Shown piece by piece: positions 9,503-17,594 of a stretch of DNA of 24,772 bases. The stretch is taken from assembly GCA_016931955.1 (NCBI GenBank), contig JAFGDV010000010.1, positions 1-24,772 on the forward strand, in the 5' to 3' direction. Each line of letters opens with the position of its first letter. The stretch's first letter is position 1. Under the pieces are notes generated by a model. It had not been told where the DNA came from and searched no databases. It saw only the letters and a list, made by a program, of their open reading frames with translations. The translations under genes were made by a program, and so were the position numbers. Source of the stretch: Candidatus Altiarchaeota archaeon (lineage in GTDB: Archaea; Altiarchaeota; Altiarchaeia; IMC4; QMZM01).

Positions 9503-10405
9503 ATGGATAGGATAGCCTTTCTAGCGCAGCTTGCCGCAGTCCTTGAGGTAAGCACCGAAAAGCCAGGTAATGTTTCCCCAGCTCACGACTTCGCCGACAC
9601 AACCTACGGAGACTTTCTCTTAAGCTCCGTCGCCGTAGGCTTCATAGCAAAGGAGTCTGCTTTGAGGGGGCTTCAAGCAGGCAAGGGTGAGATCCCCTTC
9701 AGCAAGATAGGAGTCGGCGGACTTATATTAGAGGGCGTCAAAGAGATCCAAAGATCAAACATCAGAGGAAACACCCACTTCGGCACACTTTTGCTCTTCG
9801 TTCCCTTAGCGGCGGCGGCAGGCTACTGCATATCCAGGAGCATCCCACTCAGGAAGGGTTTACGGAGTACCGCTGCTGATATCCTCAAGGATTCCTCCGT
9901 ACAAGATTCAAGAAACTTCTATGAAGCCATTAAACTAACTGGCGTCGGAGGCCTGGTTGAGCCCTTAGAGGATCCTGAGGTATCATTCCACGATCTCATG
10001 AAGATTTCTTCCTCAGTCGACCGGATAGCGGAGGAATTATCTGATGGGATGGAGATCACCTTCGAGTTTTCCGTTCCTGCCTTGGATAATATCCTCCAGA
10101 GGACTGATGCTATGATGGACGCCATCCTGCAGACTTACCTCATCATCTTGTCGGAGTTCCCCGATACCTTGATCGCTAAGAAACTCGGCATCGAAAAATC
10201 TCGGGAGGTCTCGGTGAAGGCATCTGAGGCCTTAGAGGCTGGTGGCGTATTCAGTGAGGCTGGGAAGACTGCTATAGAGGAATTCAACGTCTTCCTTCGA
10301 ACGGACGATAACATCCTTAATCCAGGGACCACCGCTGACTTGGTCGCTGCAGCAGTCTATGTTTGGCTCCTCTATAATTATTCCCAGGAAGCCCAGCTGC
10401 CGTAG
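9503..10405 (+). CDS. citG: Triphosphoribosyl-dephospho-CoA synthase (archaeal CitG family)
   Basis: LEVSTEKPGNVSP, NTHFGTLLL, PDTLIAKKLG, NPGTTADLVAA. Confidence 0.88.
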   Translation: MDRIAFLAQLAAVLEVSTEKPGNVSPAHDFADTTYGDFLLSSVAVGFIAKESALRGLQAGKGEIPFSKIGVGGLILEGVKEIQRSNIRGNTHFGTLLLFVPLAAAAGYCISRSIPLRKGLRSTAADILKDSSVQDSRNFYEAIKLTGVGGLVEPLEDPEVSFHDLMKISSSVDRIAEELSDGMEITFEFSVPALDNILQRTDAMMDAILQTYLIILSEFPDTLIAKKLGIEKSREVSVKASEALEAGGVFSEAGKTAIEEFNVFLRTDDNILNPGTTADLVAAAVYVWLLYNYSQEAQLP

Positions 10406-11229
10406 ATCTTTTCCCGCATCATCTGAGCCTTCTCTCTGTTGAATCCCTTGACCTCCACTCCCCCCCTAAGCTCCTCTATTGTGGGGATGTAGGCGTCTGA
10501 CTCTAGATTCCTGTATGGGCAGACTGGGTAGAATGGGTGCTGTTTTCCAACCCTCACCCCTGTGACGCCGCTTTCCGGGCACGCGCCTCGCATAAAACCC
10601 CTGCATCCAATAAGCCCTTCCAGTAGGGGCAACTCCTCCACCAATTTAGCGTATAGTTGTGATGCGATGCACCTGAACTCTGGGGAGGATCTAACACACA
10701 ACCTCAGAGACAGTAGGTTCAGCAGCGACCTCAGGTTTATGGTCACATGGTATACGCCAACGGCTTGCGCGAACGGCAGAACATAGCGTGATATCTCCCT
10801 CGGCGTCTCCTTGGAGATCATCTGAGCATAGTTTTTTATCGAATCATGGAGGCTTGACTCCATGACTTCTCTGATCTCTTTTTGTGTCAGCAGATGCGTT
10901 GGCAGGATCACTTCATAGGTTTTTTCTTTTTTTTCTATTCCCTCACTCACTTCTATGTAGCGCGTTGAATAGCCTGAATGCGACATCATCCTATGCTCCA
11001 GGAACTCTGGGGCGTTTCCCTTGGACATCTTGACGTCGAATTTTATGGTTACATGCTCTAACGCAGAACCGTAGTCGTTTGCCACCAGCATTTTGAAGAC
11101 TTTTTCGTCTTTCACCTGAGGCGGCACCCCACTCAGCCTCGCAGAGTACACTACCTCCTTCCAGGCATCCTCTCCGCCTACTACCTTGAAGTTCCAGACT
11201 TCGGGTTTAACAAGCTTAACCTCTCTCAT
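10378..11229 (-). CDS. thyX: FAD-dependent thymidylate synthase
   Basis: SALEH, variant ThyX motif EHRMMSHSGYSTRY, PREISRYVLP, NLRSLLNLLSLRLC. Confidence 0.85.
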   Translation of the reverse strand: MREVKLVKPEVWNFKVVGGEDAWKEVVYSARLSGVPPQVKDEKVFKMLVANDYGSALEHVTIKFDVKMSKGNAPEFLEHRMMSHSGYSTRYIEVSEGIEKKEKTYEVILPTHLLTQKEIREVMESSLHDSIKNYAQMISKETPREISRYVLPFAQAVGVYHVTINLRSLLNLLSLRLCVRSSPEFRCIASQLYAKLVEELPLLEGLIGCRGFMRGACPESGVTGVRVGKQHPFYPVCPYRNLESDAYIPTIEELRGGVEVKGFNREKAQMMREKIYGSWASWE

Positions 11230-11326
11230 CCTAACCAGATAATAAAAAATGGTTTTCTAATTAAATAAGAAAAAATACCCAATACATTACAATATTTGAA
11301 CATATAAACAGCTAAGAGAGAAAAAA

Positions 11327-11521
11327 ATGGAAGGAAAAGTTAAATGGTTTAATCGGAATAAAGGGTATGGTTTTGTCCAAGGCGACGACGGCGAAGACTA
11401 CTTCGTACACCACTCAGCAATCGCTGAAGGTGTTGTTTTGAACGAAAACGACCAGGTCTCCTTTGAAGTGACTGAAACCGAACGCGGAAAACAGGCCAAA
11501 GATGTTAGACTGAAGGAGTAA
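11327..11521 (+). CDS. cspA: Cold-shock protein
   Basis: GKVKWFN, RNP1 KGYGFV, RNP2 YFVHHSAI. Confidence 0.95.
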   Translation: MEGKVKWFNRNKGYGFVQGDDGEDYFVHHSAIAEGVVLNENDQVSFEVTETERGKQAKDVRLKE

Positions 11522-11543
11522 TCCTCGAAAAAAGAAACCAATA

Positions 11544-11575
11544 GAATTCGCCCAAAGGCGAATTCCAGTTTTTTT
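11544..11575 (+). terminator. Hairpin plus T-tract downstream of the cold-shock gene
   Basis: GAATTCGCC-CAAA-GGCGAATTC (9-bp stem) followed by CAG and a T run; A-rich on the other side, so possibly bidirectional. Confidence 0.6.
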
Positions 11576-11588
11576 CTAAAAAGAAAGG

Positions 11589-11606
11589 TGGGCCCGGTGG
11601 GATTCG
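11589..11606 (-). repeat. Duplicated tRNA 3' end (att-like), copy 1
   Basis: TGGGCCCGGTGGGATTCG is identical to 11917-11934. Confidence 0.85.
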
Positions 11607-11612
11607 TACATA

Positions 11613-11771
11613 AGGGTGGGAACTTCGTTCCCTCCCTCGCACAATACACGTAAGTGTATTGGCGCGCAGAGCGCTGCGCGCTCTCGCGTATCAACCCAAC
11701 CCTCCTCGTTGAATCTACGAAGCAGATTCCCTTTTTTCTTTCGCTGAGCGAGACCTTCGGTCTCGACTCAG
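11613..11771. other. Cluster of five stem-loops between tRNA-end duplicates (MITE/REP-like element or ncRNA)
   Basis: Inverted repeats at 11613-11637, 11642-11661, 11662-11681, 11711-11729 and 11744-11771. Confidence 0.6.
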
Positions 11772-11804
11772 ACAAGACCATAGTTCTTGCTGATAGCACT
11801 TTTC

Positions 11805-11837
11805 TTTTTCTAAAAGAAAAGGGCTATGGGCCCGGTG
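11805..11837 (-). repeat. Duplicated tRNA 3' end plus trailer, copy 2
   Basis: 33 bp TTTTTCTAAAAGAAAAGGGCTATGGGCCCGGTG is identical to 11895-11927. Confidence 0.9.
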
Positions 11838-11916
11838 AGATCACAGAGCACCTTTTTCTTTAAAAAAGAAAAACGTGCACGAAAAAGAAATCAGTTTTTC
11901 TAAAAGAAAAGGGCTA

Positions 11917-11991
11917 TGGGCCCGGTGGGATTCGGACTCACGACCACTCGATTATGAGTCGAGCGCTCTAACCAGGCTGAGCTACGGGCCC
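11917..11991 (-). tRNA. tRNA with CAT anticodon, most likely tRNA-Ile2(CAU) rather than Met
   Basis: Cloverleaf GGGCCCG/CGGGCCC-A, D arm GCTC/GAGC, anticodon arm CTCGA-CTCATAA-TCGAG. A GGGCCC acceptor stem is typical of archaeal tRNA-Ile. No encoded CCA; T arm is atypical. Confidence 0.9.
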
Positions 11992-12079
11992 TTTTTTTGG
12001 AGGTAATTATTTATGATTCTGGGTTTTTATTTATAAAAGGGTTAAGGATTTATCCTCTGAATCGCATATATGTGATGGG

Positions 12080-12544
12080 ATGAAATCTTGGTTTTTTTTT
12101 CTTGGTTTTTTTGTGTTGGCTTCGGAGGCTGCTGCATCTGGCATGCTCGTCTATGGTTATGCTTATGTTGATGGCGGACCTATGCCGTCTGGTTCCGTAG
12201 TTACTGCGATGGTTGCTGATTCTGTTGTCGGTGGTTGTTCTGTGGGGGATGATGGCTTGTATAGTGTCTTTGTCAGAACTAATAGGTCGGAGTATTCTCC
12301 TGTGGAGTTTTATGTCGGCTGGGGTAAGGCGACACAGGTGGTGCCTTTCGTCGGTTATGGTGTTATGGAGATTGACTTGGATTTTGAGCCTCTAACGGAG
12401 ACGACGACGACCTTGTATCATCCTCCCGCCGTAACGGGTGGGGCTGTTTCTGTGACGATAAGCGATAATGTGTTGACTTTCGGGATCATTGCTTTGTTGG
12501 TCGTCATAGTCTACTCGATAAAGGACATCCTCATGTTCCAGTGA
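12080..12544 (+). CDS. Hypothetical secreted, C-terminally anchored protein
   Basis: Signal peptide, beta domain (YGYAYVDG.P.P.GSVVTA...G.Y), Thr linker, VTGGAV, C-terminal TM. Confidence 0.75.
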   Translation: MKSWFFFLGFFVLASEAAASGMLVYGYAYVDGGPMPSGSVVTAMVADSVVGGCSVGDDGLYSVFVRTNRSEYSPVEFYVGWGKATQVVPFVGYGVMEIDLDFEPLTETTTTLYHPPAVTGGAVSVTISDNVLTFGIIALLVVIVYSIKDILMFQ

Positions 12545-12577
12545 GAGTATTTATCCCTGTTATCATAATAATTTTTC

Positions 12578-15500
12578 ATGTTTGATGATATGTGTCGAAG
12601 GTTTATCTGTTTTTTGCTTTGCCTGCTACTGCTTGTGTTTTTTTGTGGTCTTGCTTCAGCCCCCCAAGAGGGTGAGTCGATAAGTAGTGTTCAAGTGGGG
12701 GATAGTATTCCAGTGATCGTGGTCTTGAGGGGGGATATAGGCAAGTTACCAGAACATAGGCTGCAGGTTTCGGCTGCTCGGGAGAGGGTTCTCTTTAGAT
12801 TGGATAAGCAGAAATTCAAGCTTAAGCATAGTTACTCTGCGATAAATGGTTTTTCTGGGGAGGTTTCTGAGGATGAATTAGGGAGGCTTTTGGATGACCC
12901 TGATGTTTTAGGGGTTTATAGGGATAAAAGGGTTCATGCTTTCCTACCTCAAAGTGTTCCTCTGATAAATGCCTCCGCCGTCTGGGGTCTACAAGTCGGT
13001 GTAGAGAATATCACTGGTAAGGGAGAGACCATCTGCATCATAGATACCGGTGTGGATTATACGCACCCTGATCTTGGGGGTTGTAATCCAATGAACTATA
13101 AGCTTTCAGGGAATACAGTGGATTACACTCGCCAATCACCTCACCCTTATCCAGATGATTACGACAATATCTGGAATATCACTCAACCGGGTTTTGAGAG
13201 GATTGCAGTTCACTTTAAGAATTTTAGCCTGGAGATGCCGAGTTTCTTTTTTGATGCCCTTGATAGGATCTACGTCTATGACGGGAACATGGTAGGGATT
13301 GCCGCCTACCGTGGTGTCAACGTCCATGATGTCTGGACCCCATCTGCTGAGGGAGATACAATCTATATCCGTTTAGTGTCTGATGCTTCAGTTAATGACT
13401 ATGGTTTTTACATCGACAGGATTATTAATGGGACGGCTAATCAGACTCTTAACTGGTCTTCTTGTTCTAAGGTGGTTGGTGGCTGGGATTTCGTCAACTC
13501 TGATTCGAATCCGTGGGATGATGAAGGACATGGAACCCACTGCGCAGGTATTGCTGCCGCTAACGGTGCTGTGAAGGGTGTTGCTCTGGATGCGAGGATC
13601 GTGGCAGTGAAGGCCTTGGACGACACTGGAAGCGGTTGGAATTCGGACGTTATTGCAGGGATTGACTGGTGCGTGGATAACTCCCTCAGCTATAACATCT
13701 CTGTTATCTCAATGAGTCTTGGAACGGACTCAGTCTATGGGAGCTACTGCGATGATGAGGATCCTCCTACGACCTTGGCCATAAATGCCGCCGTCGCGCG
13801 AAATATCTCTGTCGTGGTTGCAAGCGGAAATGGAGGCCATAATGTGGGTATCTCGCTTCCTGCATGCATACAGAATGCCACGCCAGTTGGCTCCGTGGAC
13901 GATGGCTCGGGTGGGACGACCGCTGATGTTTTTTCTTCATTCACGGACAGGGACTCTGGTTTTCCTGAGATGCTTCTCGCCCCGGGCAAATGGATCACAT
14001 CAACTGTTCCCGGAGGTGGATATGATACTTGGAGTGGCACTTCGATGGCTACTCCCCATGCGGCTGGTGCTGTTGCTTTGTTGAAACAATATCTTAGGCT
14101 CAGTAATCAGGATCGGACTCCTCAGGAGATCGAGGATTTGTTCAATGATACTGGGAGGAGGGTCTACGACAGCGGAACTGGTTTATATTTTTCCAGGATT
14201 GACATCTATAGCACTATCACAGACCTCGATAATCCCCCAGTCGTTTCCTTAAATAAGCCGTTGAATGCTTCTTTCTTAGACAGAGACTACAGCCTTCTTA
14301 ACTGGACCTGTGTTGATCCGGAAGGGTTGGATATGACTTCTTGGGTCTACGGAGACAACATAAGCGCAAACACTTTACTGACCTCAAATAATTGCTCCAG
14401 CAATGTCTCATGCTCTTATAACTGGACTAACCTAAGTGAAGGGGTCTATTATTGGAGGGTAAATTGCAAGGATAACCTGAGTTTAACTAGTTCATGTATC
14501 TTGGGCTTTGAGGTTGACATGACTGCGCCAAGTGTCGCCTTTACCTCACCTACACCCAATAATGGATCGGTTGTTGACTTTAACACAATAGGGTTTAATG
14601 TAAGCCACTCTGAGGCGAACCCTGACACCTTGATGTTCTACTTTAACGGGGTGGCAGAAGATGACGGCTATTCTGGAGGCAACACTCTCATAGAAAAAAT
14701 CCTTTCTAATGGCTTCTATAATTTCTCTGTTTGGTTGAATGATTCCGCCGGTAATGTGAACCAAACTGGTATACGATACTTCACAGTGAATGCCACGCCT
14801 CCAACGGTGGCTTTGGTTTCGCCTCCGGCTCTGTCGTTCTCTAATGGAACGGTTAATCTTACATGTAATGCCTCAGATAACATGGGACTTGAATCAGTGT
14901 CGTTGTATTGGAACTATTCTGGGGGCTGGCATGTGAACGAAACAAAGAACGTTTCCGGGAAATCTTCTCTAGCATGGTTTCATAAAAGCGTTTCCGGGGA
15001 GGGATTGTTTGGATGGAATTGTCTTGCATGCGATAATTCCTCCAACTGCGCCCTTTCTCCAGGTAATCTCTCCGTGACAGTGGACACTGTTCCACCTGCA
15101 ATCAACTCGTATTCGATTAATCCGAGGGTTGCAATCAATGGAAGTAATGTTTCATTGTCCTTGGATGTTACAGACTCTCACCTGAATTCTTCGTGGGCCT
15201 TCGTTTATCCCCCAAACCTGTCTCAGACAGGGATTAGCCTCCCAGGGGATTATAGCACTGGTATATTAGGGTGGCATAATGTCTCCTTCCACGTTAATGA
15301 TTCCGCTGGTAATAAGGCCTCCGTAGAGGACTATTTTGTAGTAGGCGAAGAGATGGTCTTTAATTCGTCTTTTCAGGGATACAACAACACCTCGTTGAAT
15401 GTCACTTTAAGGGTTTTCTTTGGGGATAGCCTTATAGCCTTCAACCAGTCCGCGGGCAATGTCAGCATGACTCTAGCAGACTACGTCTATGACCTCGAGT

Positions 15501-16501
15501 TTTCAGTCTTCAACAACTCTCTGGTGGTCTTTCTCCTGGGCGTTAATCTTTCAGGGAACAACAATAGGGTGATTGGCTTCGACATTCTCACCTCCGTTGG
15601 GGATTATCTAGTAACCTATGCCGTGAACAGCTCTTATCTGATGGAAAACGCCTCCCTGAATCTGAGTTATTCTGGTTCGGGGTACACGAACAGCAACTAC
15701 TTGGGAGTCTATAGGTGTGCTTCTTGGAATTTCACGGCCAGGAATTGCTCTGGGGCCTGGGAGGAAGTCAACGCCAGCAAGTTCGCAGCCGGCGAGTATT
15801 TCCTCCTTAACGTCAGCGGTTTCTCTGCCTTTTCTGTTAAACAGGAGCCCTACTGCGGTGACGGCTTTATAGGCGCTGGCGAGCAGTGTGACGGCAGTAA
15901 CTTCGGCGGAAAAACGTGCCAGAGTTACGGATTCGATTATGGCTCTCTCTCCTGTTCTGCTTCCTGCACGATATCCACTGCAGGGTGTAGTTACAGTGGA
16001 GGGGGAGGTGGTGGCGGCTCCTCGGGTGGTGGCGGAAGAGGGGGTTTGAAGGTTACCGTAAGCTGCTTTGACGGCATAAAGAACTGCCACGACAACAGCT
16101 GCGAGGAAGGCATAGACTGCGGTGGGCCGTGCAGAGCATGCCCCAGCTGCGATGATGGTGTACAGAACCAGGGAGAACAGGGAATAGACTGCGGGGGGCT
16201 GTGTAAGCCGTGCTCTGTTACCACGTCGACGACAAGGTTTATCAGGTCAACTACTTCAACGCTTTTCTCTCCGATAGCAACGATGGGTTCTACAATGCCG
16301 ACATCGACTTCATTGGTTGGTTCTACGACAACCCTCACAGTATACGAGAAGACAAGTGGGGGATATGAGGGTCTCCTGGTAGCGGTCCTTGTTTTAGCGG
16401 TCTTGGTGTTTGCCCTCCATATCAGGTATACTAAACATGCTAAGGCAAAGGTCGAAGAGGAGGAAAGCGATCTTAGAGAGGCCATCTCCGGCAATGATTA
16501 A
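12578..16501 (+). CDS. Membrane-anchored S8 (subtilisin) serine protease with I9-like prodomain, CUB-like insertion, Ig-like domains and Cys-rich repeats
   Basis: Catalytic motifs IIDTG, GHGTHCAG, VASGN, SGTSMATPH; signal peptide; prodomain (YSAINGFSG); VSGFSAFSV (PGF-pre-PGF-like end); Cys repeats, Thr/Ser stalk, TM. Confidence 0.93.
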   Translation: MFDDMCRRFICFLLCLLLLVFFCGLASAPQEGESISSVQVGDSIPVIVVLRGDIGKLPEHRLQVSAARERVLFRLDKQKFKLKHSYSAINGFSGEVSEDELGRLLDDPDVLGVYRDKRVHAFLPQSVPLINASAVWGLQVGVENITGKGETICIIDTGVDYTHPDLGGCNPMNYKLSGNTVDYTRQSPHPYPDDYDNIWNITQPGFERIAVHFKNFSLEMPSFFFDALDRIYVYDGNMVGIAAYRGVNVHDVWTPSAEGDTIYIRLVSDASVNDYGFYIDRIINGTANQTLNWSSCSKVVGGWDFVNSDSNPWDDEGHGTHCAGIAAANGAVKGVALDARIVAVKALDDTGSGWNSDVIAGIDWCVDNSLSYNISVISMSLGTDSVYGSYCDDEDPPTTLAINAAVARNISVVVASGNGGHNVGISLPACIQNATPVGSVDDGSGGTTADVFSSFTDRDSGFPEMLLAPGKWITSTVPGGGYDTWSGTSMATPHAAGAVALLKQYLRLSNQDRTPQEIEDLFNDTGRRVYDSGTGLYFSRIDIYSTITDLDNPPVVSLNKPLNASFLDRDYSLLNWTCVDPEGLDMTSWVYGDNISANTLLTSNNCSSNVSCSYNWTNLSEGVYYWRVNCKDNLSLTSSCILGFEVDMTAPSVAFTSPTPNNGSVVDFNTIGFNVSHSEANPDTLMFYFNGVAEDDGYSGGNTLIEKILSNGFYNFSVWLNDSAGNVNQTGIRYFTVNATPPTVALVSPPALSFSNGTVNLTCNASDNMGLESVSLYWNYSGGWHVNETKNVSGKSSLAWFHKSVSGEGLFGWNCLACDNSSNCALSPGNLSVTVDTVPPAINSYSINPRVAINGSNVSLSLDVTDSHLNSSWAFVYPPNLSQTGISLPGDYSTGILGWHNVSFHVNDSAGNKASVEDYFVVGEEMVFNSSFQGYNNTSLNVTLRVFFGDSLIAFNQSAGNVSMTLADYVYDLEFSVFNNSLVVFLLGVNLSGNNNRVIGFDILTSVGDYLVTYAVNSSYLMENASLNLSYSGSGYTNSNYLGVYRCASWNFTARNCSGAWEEVNASKFAAGEYFLLNVSGFSAFSVKQEPYCGDGFIGAGEQCDGSNFGGKTCQSYGFDYGSLSCSASCTISTAGCSYSGGGGGGGSSGGGGRGGLKVTVSCFDGIKNCHDNSCEEGIDCGGPCRACPSCDDGVQNQGEQGIDCGGLCKPCSVTTSTTRFIRSTTSTLFSPIATMGSTMPTSTSLVGSTTTLTVYEKTSGGYEGLLVAVLVLAVLVFALHIRYTKHAKAKVEEEESDLREAISGND

Positions 16502-16534
16502 TCGTTATATATGCTTAGAAAAACAAATAAGGAT

Positions 16535-17593
16535 ATGCGGATGAAAGAATCAAGCCGAGGTATGCTTATAAAGGCCGGTGTCTTGTTTTTTGTGTTCATA
16601 GTAGTCTACTCTGCTGACGCGCAACTGCCCAGCAGGAGGTACCTCGAAGTCGGCATCTCTGGTAACTGCACAAATCAGACTGTGACAATACGCACTACCG
16701 ACAGAAACGATAACAGCTTGTATGGGGTCGACATAGAGGTCTACTTTAACCATTATCTAATCCATGACCTTAGGACCGACTCTGAGGGGATTGCGTCTTT
16801 TACCCCCGCCTTTGTGGGCGAATACGAGTTACAGCTAACGAAAGCTGGATACCAGGGCAGGGAAGTAGACCTCCTGGTGGGGTACTGTGGTTCATGTTCG
16901 GATGGGATACATAATCAGGGAGAACAGGGGATAGATTGCGGGGGACCATGCCAGCCCTGCACGACCACCTCGACCACCACCACCACGACCACGACGACCA
17001 CGACCACGACGACCACCACCACGACCACGACTACGACGACGACCACTACTACAACCACTACTACGACGACTACCTCAACAACCTCGACCTTGGCTGAAGA
17101 GTCGAAGGGGTTTGATATGGGACTCTTTGGCATAATTCTTGCAGCCGTTGTTGTCTTGTTCGTTCTTTATAGTAGGTTCAGGGGTGGGAAGGGAACTGTG
17201 GAAGCTGAGGAGGAACCCAAGAGTGCGCTTTATAGGGGCTCAATGGGGGCTGCGTCAGCCGAAGAAAGGTATAGGGGCTTCAAGGAAAAGGCTGAGGAAC
17301 CGCAGGGGGATAAGCTGGAGGAAGGCTTCGATGAGATCAAGAAGCTGAATGAGGAATTGGAGACCCTCAAAGAGGGGTTAAAGGAGAACCACCGGTATGC
17401 TGGATTTATGGAAAGCAAGGGCAGTGGTTCTCTGAAGGATGTCTCCCAGAGCATCAAGGGGGGGCAAGCAGTTGGGAGGAAGAGTGTGTTTGATATCAAC
17501 TTGGCGGGCATCACGGATTTAGCGGGCAAGATGAGGTTCCTTGATGTGCCTGGACAGAGTGGGGGTAAAAAGAAGGGGGAGAAGAAGGGTTGA
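16535..17593 (+). CDS. Membrane protein: carboxypeptidase-regulatory-like domain, Cys-rich repeat, poly-Thr stalk, TM, cytoplasmic tail
   Basis: TDSEGIASF..GEY.L..TKAGY, CSDGIHNQGEQGIDCGGPCQPC, long Thr run, TM. Start ambiguous (16511/16535/16541). Confidence 0.82.
   Translation: MRMKESSRGMLIKAGVLFFVFIVVYSADAQLPSRRYLEVGISGNCTNQTVTIRTTDRNDNSLYGVDIEVYFNHYLIHDLRTDSEGIASFTPAFVGEYELQLTKAGYQGREVDLLVGYCGSCSDGIHNQGEQGIDCGGPCQPCTTTSTTTTTTTTTTTTTTTTTTTTTTTTTTTTTTTTTTSTTSTLAEESKGFDMGLFGIILAAVVVLFVLYSRFRGGKGTVEAEEEPKSALYRGSMGAASAEERYRGFKEKAEEPQGDKLEEGFDEIKKLNEELETLKEGLKENHRYAGFMESKGSGSLKDVSQSIKGGQAVGRKSVFDINLAGITDLAGKMRFLDVPGQSGGKKKGEKKG
16961..17089 (+). repeat. ACN-codon low-complexity tract (poly-Thr)
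   Basis: About 43 codons, almost all ACC/ACG/ACT/ACA. Confidence 0.9.
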
Positions 17594-17594
17594 A

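Noticed and set aside
11398-11863. ORFs 11398-11799 (-) and 11654-11863 (+)
   Set aside because: They run through the csp antisense strand and the hairpin/tRNA repeats, with no recognisable protein features.
11570-11934. Possible CRISPR array
   Set aside because: Only three unequal repeats with irregular spacing, derived from the tRNA end; no cas genes.
16915-17133. Poly-Val ORFs (also 21512-21952 and 1677-1925)
   Set aside because: Antisense shadows of poly-Thr tracts.
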